From Phycisphaerae bacterium (lineage in GTDB: Bacteria; Planctomycetota; Phycisphaerae; Sedimentisphaerales; Anaerohalosphaeraceae), in assembly GCA_014859965.1 (NCBI GenBank), contig JACZKQ010000030.1, positions 8,032 to 72,031 of the forward strand: a stretch of 64,000 nt of DNA. Reading direction: 5' to 3'. The notes under the pieces were generated by a model, which saw only the letters and a program-made list of their open reading frames with translations, ran no database searches and was not told where the DNA came from. This document shows positions 20,557 through 30,073 of the stretch, one piece after another. The first letter of the stretch is position 1. Each line of letters opens with the position of its first letter. The position numbers and the translations under genes are program-made.

Positions 20557-23385
20557 ATGTACATGGATCAGACAGAATTGAAGTCAATGCGTGTTTGCCT
20601 GTTGGCCGTATTGGCCGGCCTGTTGCTGTCGTCCTCGGCCGCTATGGCCCAGGACAAGCCGGAGTTTCCTCCGCTGGACGAGGTGGTGAAGGGTTACGAA
20701 AAGGTTGTGTCAACGGCCGACGGGCAACAGAGCTTCTACACCATCTGGAAGCGCGAGAAAGACGGACAGATGTTAGCGGCGCTGCCGGCCGGCTACGAGG
20801 GCAGGCGGTTCTTTATCGCCATGACAGTGGCCAGCGGGCAGGAGTACGCGGGCTTGCAGGCCGGCGACATGTACGTTTACTGGAAACGCTACGATAAAAC
20901 GCTGGCGCTGGTCGAGCCGAACATCGGCATCCGATCCGACGGCGACCAGGAGAGCAAGGATTCGGTCAACCGGCTCTTCACGGACCGTGTGCTTCTTGAC
21001 GTGCCGATCGTCGCCATGAGCGGCGGTTCGCCGGTGATCGATATGGACGCCCTTTTGGTCGGTCAGGCGAGCAAGTTTTTCGGTTCCCAGGTCCGCATCT
21101 CGAATCCGCGGCTGGTCAAGATTGCCAAAGCCAAGGCTTTTCCGAAGAACGTCGAACTGGCGTTCGAGGTCCCCGCGACCAACGGACAGTTGCAGACGAT
21201 TCACTATTCGATCAGTGAAATACCGGAGAATACCGGCTATCAGCCGCGCCCTGCGGACGAGCGGGTCGGCTACTTTACCACCAGCTACAGCGACTACGGG
21301 CAGTACAAGAACAAGGAAATCAAGGTGCGCTACATCAATCGGTGGCACCTGGAAAAGGCCGATCCGTCGCTGCAGTTGAGCCCGCCCAAAAACCCGATCG
21401 TGTTTTACATCGAGCACAGTACGCCCGTCCGCTATCGGAGATGGGTGCGGGAGGGAATTCTGTTCTGGAATCAGGCGTTCGAAAAGGTGGGGATCAACAA
21501 CGCCATAGAGGTCCATTATCAGGACAAGCGGAGCGGCGCGCACATGGAAAAAGACCCTGAAGACGTGCGCTACAATTTTGTTCGATGGCTGAACAACAAC
21601 ATCGGCACGGCAATCGGGCCCAGCCGGGTACATCCGCAGACGGGCCAGATACTGGACGCCGACATTATCCTGACCGACGGCTGGATCCGGCATTTCTGGA
21701 AGCAGTTCCATGAAGTGATGCCGCAGCTTGCGATGGAAGGGATGAGTCCGGAGACGACGGCCTGGCTTTCGCATCGTCCGAACTGGGACCCTCGGGTGCG
21801 GCTTGCGCCCGTGGGGCATCGCGACCATGTCGCTCATGAACTGTCCGCGCTGGCGGATGTCCCGTACGGCGGCCACGCGCTCGGCCAGACCGAGACAGGC
21901 CTTATAGGCAGCGCCGAATACGACGGTCTGGCCGGTCGGCATTGTCAGATCAACGGGATGTGTCGACTTGCCGAAGGCAAGGCGCTGGATGTGGCGATGT
22001 TCCGGATGCAGGCGGTCCTGACGGCGAATCTGGCGGCGGACGACGAAGGCAAGGATGAGGCCGATGGCAAGAAGGATGACAAGGCCGACGAGAAGCCCAA
22101 ACCGAAGGAGCCCAGGAAGGAAGAGTCGATGATCGACGGTATTCCGGAGTCTTTCATCGGTCCGATGCTTGCCGAATTAGTCTGCCATGAGGTCGGCCAT
22201 ACATTAGGCCTGCGGCACAATTTCAAAGGCTCGGCGGCTTACAGTCTGGCGGAGATCAACAGCGAGGAATTCAAGGGCAAAAAGCCGTTGGCGGCTTCCG
22301 TCATGGACTATCTTCCCGTAAACATGAATTGCGAGGATGGCGACGTCCAGGGCGATTACACTATGATTGGGGTAGGTCCTTACGATGTCTGGGCGATCGA
22401 ATACGGCTACACGCTGCAAAGGGATCTCAAACCCATCCTGAGCCGGGTCGCAGAGCCCGAACTGCTTTACGCTACGGATGAGGACACTTCCGGCCCGGAC
22501 CCGCTGGCCCGCCGCTACGACTTCAGCAGCAATCCGCTGGATTACGCTGAGAGCCAGATGCGGGTCGCTAAGCAGGGCCGCGCGCGCCTGATCGATAAAC
22601 TCGTCAAGGACGGCGAGAGTTGGTCGTACGTGCGAAAAGGCTATGAGATGACGCTGGGCATGCAGATGCGGGCGGTCAGTATGATGGCCAACTGGCTGGG
22701 CGGGGCCTATGTGTACCGTGACAAGAAGGGCGACAAGGACGGGCGTCTTCCGATTGAGGTGGTGTGCGCGGACAAGCAGCGCGAGGCGCTGGCTTTTGTG
22801 GTTGAAAACGCCTTCAAGGACGAGGCCTATGGCCTCAGTGAAGATCTCTTGCGGCGCATGACCGTCGACAAATGGTTCGACGACAGGAGTTCGGTCATGA
22901 GCGATGCGACGTGGCCGATTCATGACACGATCATGGGGATGCAGGCGTCGACGCTGACCATGGTTATGAATCCCACGACGATGCGCCGGATTTACGACAA
23001 CGAGTTTCTTGTGCCCGGCGAACAGGACGCCATGACGCTGCCGGAACTGCTGGATACGCTTACCCAGGCCGTTTGGACGGAATTAGATAACGTGGGGAAC
23101 GAGAAGTATACCGCCCGCAAGCCGATGATTTCGAGCCTGCGGCGGAACTTGCAGCGTGAGTACCTCGAGCGGATGATCGATCTGAGCGGAAAGTCCTTCT
23201 GGGGTGTGGAGGCGTACAAGCCGATTTCCAACCTGGTCTGCGGGCAACTGCGGCTGCTTAAGGACACGCGGCTTACGCCGGTGCTGGCCAAGCCGCTCGA
23301 TCCGTATACGCGTGCGCACCTGGAAGATGCCGTTATAAAGATTGAGAAGGCCCTGCAGGCCCAGTATGTCTATGGGACACTTTAG
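20557..23385 (+). CDS. Secreted zinc-dependent metalloprotease (DUF4953/DUF5117-type)
   Basis: HEVGHTLGLRHNF zincin motif. Signal peptide MRVCLLAVLAGLLLSSSAAMAQ. The start was set at ATG 20557, after GGGAG; the track ORF start at 20464 lies inside the predicted promoter. Confidence 0.8.
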   Translation: MYMDQTELKSMRVCLLAVLAGLLLSSSAAMAQDKPEFPPLDEVVKGYEKVVSTADGQQSFYTIWKREKDGQMLAALPAGYEGRRFFIAMTVASGQEYAGLQAGDMYVYWKRYDKTLALVEPNIGIRSDGDQESKDSVNRLFTDRVLLDVPIVAMSGGSPVIDMDALLVGQASKFFGSQVRISNPRLVKIAKAKAFPKNVELAFEVPATNGQLQTIHYSISEIPENTGYQPRPADERVGYFTTSYSDYGQYKNKEIKVRYINRWHLEKADPSLQLSPPKNPIVFYIEHSTPVRYRRWVREGILFWNQAFEKVGINNAIEVHYQDKRSGAHMEKDPEDVRYNFVRWLNNNIGTAIGPSRVHPQTGQILDADIILTDGWIRHFWKQFHEVMPQLAMEGMSPETTAWLSHRPNWDPRVRLAPVGHRDHVAHELSALADVPYGGHALGQTETGLIGSAEYDGLAGRHCQINGMCRLAEGKALDVAMFRMQAVLTANLAADDEGKDEADGKKDDKADEKPKPKEPRKEESMIDGIPESFIGPMLAELVCHEVGHTLGLRHNFKGSAAYSLAEINSEEFKGKKPLAASVMDYLPVNMNCEDGDVQGDYTMIGVGPYDVWAIEYGYTLQRDLKPILSRVAEPELLYATDEDTSGPDPLARRYDFSSNPLDYAESQMRVAKQGRARLIDKLVKDGESWSYVRKGYEMTLGMQMRAVSMMANWLGGAYVYRDKKGDKDGRLPIEVVCADKQREALAFVVENAFKDEAYGLSEDLLRRMTVDKWFDDRSSVMSDATWPIHDTIMGMQASTLTMVMNPTTMRRIYDNEFLVPGEQDAMTLPELLDTLTQAVWTELDNVGNEKYTARKPMISSLRRNLQREYLERMIDLSGKSFWGVEAYKPISNLVCGQLRLLKDTRLTPVLAKPLDPYTRAHLEDAVIKIEKALQAQYVYGTL

Positions 23386-23417
23386 GTTCTGACGCAGGCG
23401 ATTTCGTAACATTTGTG

Positions 23418-23454
23418 ACCCGCCGGGCGGCGTATCGTCTCGGCGGGTTTTTTC
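23418..23454 (+). terminator. Rho-independent terminator of the metalloprotease gene
   Basis: ACCCGCCG-15 nt loop-CGGCGGGT, a perfect 8-bp stem followed by a T6 run, 33 nt after the stop. Confidence 0.7.
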
Positions 23455-23479
23455 TTGGGATGTGTGCTGCCCTCGGCGC

Positions 23480-23515
23480 AAAAAACTGACATCCGTGCTG
23501 CCATGCACGGATGTC
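23480..23515 (-). terminator. Rho-independent terminator of the PilZ gene
   Basis: Perfect 11-bp stem GACATCCGTGC/GCACGGATGTC with a 6-nt loop. On the minus strand it is followed by AG-TTTTTT. Confidence 0.7.
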
Positions 23516-23577
23516 CGAGTCACCCTCACCTTGCGCGTTTCAAGCTGCGTCAGCAGGTATAGTTATTGATTTGCCGG

Positions 23578-24015
23578 TCAGCAGATTGCAGCTGGCTCCG
23601 GGGCCGCATCGGGAGACATGGCATCCTCAGATGGCTCGTCCGCCCGCTGCATTGTCTCGTCGGCATCGGCGTCGGTTTCTGTTTCGCCCGGCCTGAAGGG
23701 CAGGGGGTCTGCGAACTGGATCGCCACGCGCCGCACAAACGGACTGATCTCGTCGATGCGGCATATGTGACCGTCGCGAATGAAGTTCTCCAGATCGAAG
23801 GAGTTGTCCTGGTCATACTTCGGAACGCTGAACCGTGCAGTGATCTGCTGGCCCGGCCAGGGGCATCGGTCCGCATAACATGAAAAGGCCGCCCCTGTGC
23901 TGGAGATGTCGATCATCTGGCCCTGGGTGAGCAGATCGTTGTAATTCTCAGCAAACCATACGGGCCAACTGTAACGCAATCGCTTCTCAATCCTTCTTTC
24001 ATTGTTTTCCATCAT
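23578..24015 (-). CDS. PilZ domain protein (c-di-GMP receptor-like)
   Basis: From MMENNERRIEKRLRY: an RxxxR motif (RRIEKR) and a DxSxxG motif (DISSTGAAF). The start was trimmed from the 221-aa track ORF. Confidence 0.7.
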   Translation of the reverse strand: MMENNERRIEKRLRYSWPVWFAENYNDLLTQGQMIDISSTGAAFSCYADRCPWPGQQITARFSVPKYDQDNSFDLENFIRDGHICRIDEISPFVRRVAIQFADPLPFRPGETETDADADETMQRADEPSEDAMSPDAAPEPAAIC

Positions 24016-24245
24016 TGCTGTCCTGAAAAAAACCAGATGACTCGGTGTGCTCCATTCAACAGGTGTCTCCCGCACCGCAGGTAGTATCGTCCTCCGCGCG
24101 ATACGACTTAAATTGCGATCCGTCGAAATTTGAGATTTCGTATGGGAAAATATTCGCGGGCGGAACGCCGAACGGCTGAGGAGGCGATGTGGTTTTACGG
24201 CCGGGTCGCAACGCCCGATCCGACGGCGGCGGCAAAGTCTCATAA

Positions 24246-25616
24246 TCAGGTCGACATGGCGCGCACACAGGCGGCGAAGACGTCGCCGCGATGTCGATAG
24301 TTGGTGAACATGTCATAGCTGGCGCATGCGGGGCTCATCAGGACGACGCAGCCCGGCTGGGCGATCTCGGCGGCTTTGAGGACGGCGTCCTGCATATCGA
24401 CGGCAAAGAGGACTCTGGGTCGTTCTTCAGTGCGTGCCGCTTCGATGGCGGCGGATATCTTCTGCGCAGTGGCGCCGATGAGAATAGCGGCGACGGCATC
24501 GGCGGCGATCTTCCTGCCGAAATCGTCAAAAGGCAGCTTCTTGTCATACCCGCCTGCGATGATAATCTTTGGCGCGTCAAACGCCTCCAACGCGACGATC
24601 GCGCTGGGCGGTGTGGTGGCGATCGAGTCGTTGTACCAGGCGACGCCCCGCGTTCTCGTGACAAATTCCAGTCGATGTTCCAGCCCCTTGAAGGCGCCTA
24701 TGGAATGCTCCACGACATGATCGTCGATTCCCAGTTGTCGGGCGACTGCCATTGCGGCGGCAAGATTGGACAGATTGGCGTTGCCGGGCAGGCCAAAGGC
24801 CGCAGCGATAGCGGGCCCGACGTCTGCGTGGTGAAACTTTGCACATGCCCTGCCTGCCTGTTTGCGGTAGCGGTCGAACCAGGCCGCGGTGATGGGGTCT
24901 TCGGCATTGAAAAAAGAGCCCGAAGGTTCGCCTGCATCAAGCCGCTGGTAACGAAAGATGTTCTCCTTGGCGTCGCAATAGGCCTCAAAGGTCCCGTGGC
25001 GGTCAAGATGATTGGGAGTGATATTGGTGATGACGGCAATATCCGGCGACTGTCGACTTCGCGCCAACTGCTCGAGTTGGAAGCTGCTCAACTCCAGGAC
25101 GACGATATCGTCGCCGGTCATGCAGCTAAGTTCCGACAGCAGCGGCCGGTCGCCGATGTTGCCGCCGAGCCAGACTTTTCTAAAGCCGGCTTCATGGCGG
25201 CCCGCCTCCAGAAGGTGGGCGGTCAGCGCTGTGGTGGTGCTCTTGCCGTTTGCACCGGTTATGCCCACGGTTCTTGCCGGGCACAATTCCAGGAATATTT
25301 CAATTTGTGAGGTGAGCAGTACGCCGGCCTGCCGGGCTGTCTGGAGGTATTCGCTGCCGGGGGGCACGGCGGGGTTGATGATCACGGCATCGCAGTTGCA
25401 AAAATCTTCCGAATGGTGTCCCCCGAGATGATACGTGACGCCCTGTAGATCAGCCATTTGTTTAAGGACCGGCGACAGGTCTTCCGCGTCCGCCATATCG
25501 GTCACGGTGACCGCCGCCCCCGCCTGAACTGCAAAACGTGCCGAATCAAGCCCGCCGCCGAATCGGCCCAGGCCCATGATTAGTACGCGTTTGCCCCGAA
25601 AGAAATCCGCTTTCAT
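24246..25616 (-). CDS. murD: UDP-N-acetylmuramoylalanine--D-glutamate ligase
   Basis: 456-aa ORF with GLGRFGG, GITGANGKSTT and the Mur ligase C-terminal domain. Confidence 0.9.
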   Translation of the reverse strand: MKADFFRGKRVLIMGLGRFGGGLDSARFAVQAGAAVTVTDMADAEDLSPVLKQMADLQGVTYHLGGHHSEDFCNCDAVIINPAVPPGSEYLQTARQAGVLLTSQIEIFLELCPARTVGITGANGKSTTTALTAHLLEAGRHEAGFRKVWLGGNIGDRPLLSELSCMTGDDIVVLELSSFQLEQLARSRQSPDIAVITNITPNHLDRHGTFEAYCDAKENIFRYQRLDAGEPSGSFFNAEDPITAAWFDRYRKQAGRACAKFHHADVGPAIAAAFGLPGNANLSNLAAAMAVARQLGIDDHVVEHSIGAFKGLEHRLEFVTRTRGVAWYNDSIATTPPSAIVALEAFDAPKIIIAGGYDKKLPFDDFGRKIAADAVAAILIGATAQKISAAIEAARTEERPRVLFAVDMQDAVLKAAEIAQPGCVVLMSPACASYDMFTNYRHRGDVFAACVRAMST

Positions 25617-25673
25617 GACGATTAATCCTGCATGCGCCGGTCGGTAAGGTTCGCCGACAGGGACAGATCGCCG

Positions 25674-26612
25674 TTATCTCGCCTTGGCCAGGTCCATCTT
25701 CGCATCGATGGCTGCCTGTTCGATGCACTTCTCCCAGTTGTCGCCAAATTGATCTCTGTATTGCGGCTTCTCGTAGGCGTAAATGATGGATCGCGAGGCG
25801 TTGATGAGCGCCCCCATGCCGTCCTTGTTGCAGAAGCGCATGCAATCGACGGCGCTGGCTCCCTGCGAGCCGTAGCCGGGAACGAGGAACCACACCTTAT
25901 CGAAACGCTTTCGCAGCAGCGACGTTTCTTCGGCGGTCGTGCCCCCCACGACCATTCCTACGTTACTGTACCCGTGGGAACCGATGCGCTTGTTCTGGTC
26001 GGCGATTTCACCTACGACGTCAGCCAGTTTCTCATACATCTTCTTTCCCTCGGCATCGGCGAAATTCTGGATGACACCGGCAGTCGGATTGCTCGCCCGC
26101 ACCCAGACAAACACGCCTTTGCCCTGCTCGTTGGCCACGTCGGCAAAGGGGATGATGCCCTCGGCTCCTGAAAAACCGTTCACGGTGATGGCGTCGGGCG
26201 TGATAATATCTTCCATGCCTGCAAATTCCGGGTTCTGCAGGTGAGCGGCGGCGTATATTTTAGCGGTATGACCGATATCGCCGCGCTTCACGTCGCCGAT
26301 GACTTCCAGACCGAGTTCGTCGGCCTCGGAAACGATCGAGTAGTATGTCTCAACGCCTTCCCACATATACTTTTCAAAATAAGCAATGTTGAGTTTGACG
26401 GCGGAAACGAGAGGTGCGACGATGCGCAGGGTTCTTGTGCAGAAGTCGAAGATCGCATCCACGGCGGAACCGACATCAAATTCGTCGTTCATCTCCCGAT
26501 GGCTGCGTATTGCCTCCGGCAAACGGCTGTATACAGGGTCCAGCCCAACCACCAGTGGCGTATTCTTGCTCCGTACGGCCTCGCAGAGGCGATCACCAAA
26601 ATGACTTGCCAC
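25674..26612 (-). CDS. pyrF: Orotidine 5'-phosphate decarboxylase, type 2
   Basis: 312-aa ORF with LVVGLDP..., VKLNIAYFE and DVKRGDIGHT. Confidence 0.85.
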   Translation of the reverse strand: MASHFGDRLCEAVRSKNTPLVVGLDPVYSRLPEAIRSHREMNDEFDVGSAVDAIFDFCTRTLRIVAPLVSAVKLNIAYFEKYMWEGVETYYSIVSEADELGLEVIGDVKRGDIGHTAKIYAAAHLQNPEFAGMEDIITPDAITVNGFSGAEGIIPFADVANEQGKGVFVWVRASNPTAGVIQNFADAEGKKMYEKLADVVGEIADQNKRIGSHGYSNVGMVVGGTTAEETSLLRKRFDKVWFLVPGYGSQGASAVDCMRFCNKDGMGALINASRSIIYAYEKPQYRDQFGDNWEKCIEQAAIDAKMDLAKAR

Positions 26613-26702
26613 CTTGTTTTCCCTTTCTAGTACAGTTTTGCATTCGACTTCAAGAAAATGCTTCTATCGCCAAAACGAAGCACTATAATCGTATTCGCCC
26701 CG

Positions 26703-27437
26703 ATGGGCAAGAAACAAAATCAGGATTGTTGTATGCAGGACCAGAAACGCGCCAGGAAACGAACACGACCCCTCCTTCGGGCATTGTGTATTGGCATTAT
26801 TTTATTCGCCCTGGTTGCAGTTATCGTCGTCTATCTTTTTACCCAGGTCCCCCGGCATTACCATCCGCTTGCACCCGTCGCCAAAGAGGAAGTTAACCCC
26901 TATCTGACCCACTATTTGGCGCCGAATTTTCACAACAATATCCAGCTCGATCAGCCCTTTGAGGTTATCGTCCTGCAGCGGGAACTGAATGAAATCATTG
27001 TTGACGAGCGCTCGCTGGGCTGGTCCTGGCCGGTTTATCTGGACGGCGTAAATGTTTCGGCGCCTTCGGTCGTCTTTGTGCCGAAAACCATCTACTTAAT
27101 GGCGACGGTGGATTACGCGGGTTTTCCGGTTGTGGTCACCTTCGTCGTGAGCCCGAAACTGGGGCCCAACGGGCTCTTGTCCCTGAATCTGCAAAAGGTC
27201 AAAGCCGGGGCCATCGGCATTACGCCGCTGGCGCGATTCATCGGCCAGCGGATCATCGCTGCGCAAATACCGCAGGTGGAGCGCAATCAGTGGCTCAAGG
27301 ACCTGGAAGGGGCGCTGTTGCGGAATGATCCATTCGACCCTGTTTTCCCGATCTATCAAAGCGATAAAGCGATCCGATTGACTGCGGTCGATGTAACCCA
27401 TCGCAAGGTGGTTCTGAATTTTGCGCCGGCGCACTGA
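26703..27437 (+). CDS. Membrane-anchored hypothetical protein
   Basis: Basic N-terminus followed by a single TM helix (LLRALCIGIILFALVAVIVVYLF). No recognised motif. The start codon is uncertain (26658, 26703 or 26733). Confidence 0.5.
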   Translation: MGKKQNQDCCMQDQKRARKRTRPLLRALCIGIILFALVAVIVVYLFTQVPRHYHPLAPVAKEEVNPYLTHYLAPNFHNNIQLDQPFEVIVLQRELNEIIVDERSLGWSWPVYLDGVNVSAPSVVFVPKTIYLMATVDYAGFPVVVTFVVSPKLGPNGLLSLNLQKVKAGAIGITPLARFIGQRIIAAQIPQVERNQWLKDLEGALLRNDPFDPVFPIYQSDKAIRLTAVDVTHRKVVLNFAPAH

Positions 27438-27470
27438 GCACCGAGCCGGTCGCCGTCGAGGTCCTTAGAC

Positions 27471-27869
27471 TCATTCGTGCGGGATTTTGTGGGCGATCCG
27501 GTCGGCGATAGCGTCCAATAGTTCCTGCATATCGTAGGGTTTGGCAAGTCGAATGTGGCCGGCAAAAAGCGGGCGGTGCTTGTGTTTTCCGCGGTCGCCG
27601 AAGGTGCAGCTCAGAAAGATAATCGGGATGTCTCTGGTTTGCGGGTCCTCCTGGAGAGTCAATCCGACGGAACCGCCCGATATGTCGGGCATCAGGATGT
27701 CCAATATCACGAGATCGGGGCGTTTTTCTCGCGTCATCGCCAAGGCATCCTTGCCGTTGTCGGCGGAGATTACGTTGTAACCATGAGCTGCAAGTCCTCG
27801 CGAGAGGACATTCCGTACGTCGGGTTCGTCATCCACAACCAGGATTGTCCTTTTTTCCATGCCGCCCAT
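27471..27869 (-). CDS. Single-domain response regulator (receiver only)
   Basis: 132-aa ORF with ILVVDDEPD...DLVILDILMP...AKP receiver signatures. Confidence 0.85.
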   Translation of the reverse strand: MGGMEKRTILVVDDEPDVRNVLSRGLAAHGYNVISADNGKDALAMTREKRPDLVILDILMPDISGGSVGLTLQEDPQTRDIPIIFLSCTFGDRGKHKHRPLFAGHIRLAKPYDMQELLDAIADRIAHKIPHE

Positions 27870-27878
27870 CTCGTGCTC

Positions 27879-28259
27879 CTAAACAGTTTGGGGTACGAGC
27901 CCATCTATGGCGTCCTGCAACTCGTTCATATCGATGGGCTTTGAAAAAAGGATATGATCCGGAGTAATACGGTACGGACGGCGATTGTCGAATCGCGGGA
28001 ACATGCCTGTCAGAAAGATGACCGGAACCTCGGCCGTTTCCGGAATCAGTCGCAGCCGGCGTGCTACTTCGCCGCCGTCCATACCCGGCAGGAGCACATC
28101 CAGAAGTATGATATCCGGCCGGTGCGATCTCGCCAGGATCAGCGCGTCACTGGCGCAGCCGGCTGTTGCGACGTGGTAACCTTTCAGTGTAAACCGTTTC
28201 TCGAGGGCCGAGAGGATGTCCGGCTCGTCGTCCACGATAAGCATCCTGTGATGGCTCAT
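27879..28259 (-). CDS. Single-domain response regulator (receiver only)
   Basis: 126-aa ORF with MLIVDDEPD...DIILLDVLLPGMDG...SKP. It is a paralogue of the downstream REC gene. Confidence 0.85.
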   Translation of the reverse strand: MSHHRMLIVDDEPDILSALEKRFTLKGYHVATAGCASDALILARSHRPDIILLDVLLPGMDGGEVARRLRLIPETAEVPVIFLTGMFPRFDNRRPYRITPDHILFSKPIDMNELQDAIDGLVPQTV

Positions 28260-28557
28260 TGCCTGCGATCCTCCTTCAATTGCTTGCTGCCCTCAATATG
28301 CAATGACGTGGGAAATCGAAGTTGCGTTTCCGCTGTTCGCCCCGATTGTGGCGGTGTTCGCCAAATGCTGGAATCTACGTCGACTTCTATTAAAGCCGGG
28401 TTTATCAGCCGTTTACTCTACGGTCCGGTGATCGGCCGGGCGGCTGTAGGTATTAATTGCCAGGATGCCTCCGCTGGATCAGATCCAACGGCAGCGGTGC
28501 GGCATGCCGGGTGATTGTGGCTGCGGCCCGCGTGCAGGTAATCTGGAAAATCCGCAA

Positions 28558-29217
28558 TTACAGCGTGGTGAGCCCCTCTCGGATGGCAAACTTGACAAGA
28601 CCTGCGATGCTGTCGATGCGCAGCTTGTTCATAATCTGCCGCCGACACGCGTCGACCGTCTTCGGACTGATATTGATCTGTCGTGCGATCTGTTTGGAAC
28701 TCATTCCATTGGAGAGGTGGCGCAGGATATCCTGCTCACGTTCTTTAAGGGTCCAGCCGTTGGCGATGCTATCGTCGTTCAGCCGGTGCGCGTACGTACC
28801 GGCCACGGCATTCATAATCTTGGAGCAGAAATATGTTTCGTTGTTGTAGACAGCGCGGACAGCCGTTGTCAACTCGTCGAAGGTCGAGTCCTTCAGCATG
28901 AGACCATGAATACCGCTGCTGATGGCGCTGTCGATGGCGTGCCGTGACATACTCGCGGCTACCATAAGTATCTTGATACTCGGCTGCTGCCGAAGAATTG
29001 TACTGGATGCCTCCACGCCATCCATCTTCGGCATGGTGTAATCCATCAGTACGACATCCGGTGACAGCCGTGAGGCGAATTCGATCGCATCGGCGCCGGT
29101 TGCCGCTTCGCCCACCACTTCCATGAAGGGCTGCCTGTGTATCAGCGCCCGCAGGCCGTCTCGCATAATTTCATGATCATCAACAACCAGAATCCTGATC
29201 TTGTGTGTGTAGTCCAT
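28558..29217 (-). CDS. NarL/LuxR-family response regulator (REC + HTH)
   Basis: 219-aa ORF with ILVVDDHEIMRDGL and a C-terminal LuxR HTH (LKEREQDILRHLSNGMSSKQIARQINISPKTVDACRRQIMNKL). Confidence 0.9.
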   Translation of the reverse strand: MDYTHKIRILVVDDHEIMRDGLRALIHRQPFMEVVGEAATGADAIEFASRLSPDVVLMDYTMPKMDGVEASSTILRQQPSIKILMVAASMSRHAIDSAISSGIHGLMLKDSTFDELTTAVRAVYNNETYFCSKIMNAVAGTYAHRLNDDSIANGWTLKEREQDILRHLSNGMSSKQIARQINISPKTVDACRRQIMNKLRIDSIAGLVKFAIREGLTTL

Positions 29218-29398
29218 CTCTGTGTGCCCCCCACGGACAAGCCCCCATATCTGATTCGAACACCACTTATATTATCGGGTCATGGCCTGCAAAAAGGCCA
29301 GTAGCAAATTGCTATCCCCTCGCGGCTTTTTCTCCGGCCTCCCTGAGCAAACAGCAAAACTGGCGTTCGGTGGATTTCCCTATCCGTTCGAGCCCGGG

Positions 29399-30049
29399 TC
29401 ACGCCTCCAGCGACGTGAGGCCCTCGCGAATCGCATGCTTGACGAGTTCGGCGACGCTTTCGATGCGCAGTTTGGCCATGATGCGGCGCCGACACGCGTC
29501 GACGGTCTTGACGCTCAAGTCCAACTGCAAAGCGATCTCCTTGGAACTCCTGCCGTCGCCGACCAGCTTGAGCACCTCATTTTCCCTGTCCGTCAGCGGT
29601 GTGGGCTGCGGTCCTGTGCCGGTGCGATCCTGAACATAATCGTCGATTACGATGCGGGTAATCTTTGAGGACAGATAGACCTCGCCTCCGACGACGCTGT
29701 TGATGGCGGCGATCAATTCCGAAAAGGCGTTTTCCTTTAGCACGTACCCTGACGCGCCGGCCTTGAGCATCTCGACGATGAAGCCCTTCTTGGAGTGCAT
29801 CGAGAGCGCCACCACCTTCACGTCGCCGTCGTTTTGTGTGATCTGGCGGGTTGCGTCGACCCCGTCCAGGCCGGGCATGTTCACATCCATTATAATCACG
29901 TCCGGTTTGTGTTCGCGAGCCAGTTCTACGGCCATACGCCCGTTTTGGGCCTGTCCGACCACCTCGAGGTCGGGTTGTTTTTCGAGAAGCAGGTACAGAC
30001 CCTGACGCATAATTTCGTGATCGTCCACAAGCAGAATTTTCAATGCCAT
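29399..30049 (-). CDS. NarL/LuxR-family response regulator (REC + HTH)
   Basis: 216-aa ORF, a paralogue of 28558-29217 (LTDRENEVLKLVGDGRSSKEIALQLDLSVKTVDACRRRIMAKL). Confidence 0.9.
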   Translation of the reverse strand: MALKILLVDDHEIMRQGLYLLLEKQPDLEVVGQAQNGRMAVELAREHKPDVIIMDVNMPGLDGVDATRQITQNDGDVKVVALSMHSKKGFIVEMLKAGASGYVLKENAFSELIAAINSVVGGEVYLSSKITRIVIDDYVQDRTGTGPQPTPLTDRENEVLKLVGDGRSSKEIALQLDLSVKTVDACRRRIMAKLRIESVAELVKHAIREGLTSLEA

Positions 30050-30073
30050 CGCCGTCTCCTTTTACATGGTTGT

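Noticed and set aside
29221-29290. GGTGTTCGAATC string (minus strand) resembling a tRNA T-loop, in the gap between the two NarL-type regulators.
   Set aside because: - Flanking sequence cannot form a T-stem, acceptor stem or anticodon arm.
- It is not a tRNA.
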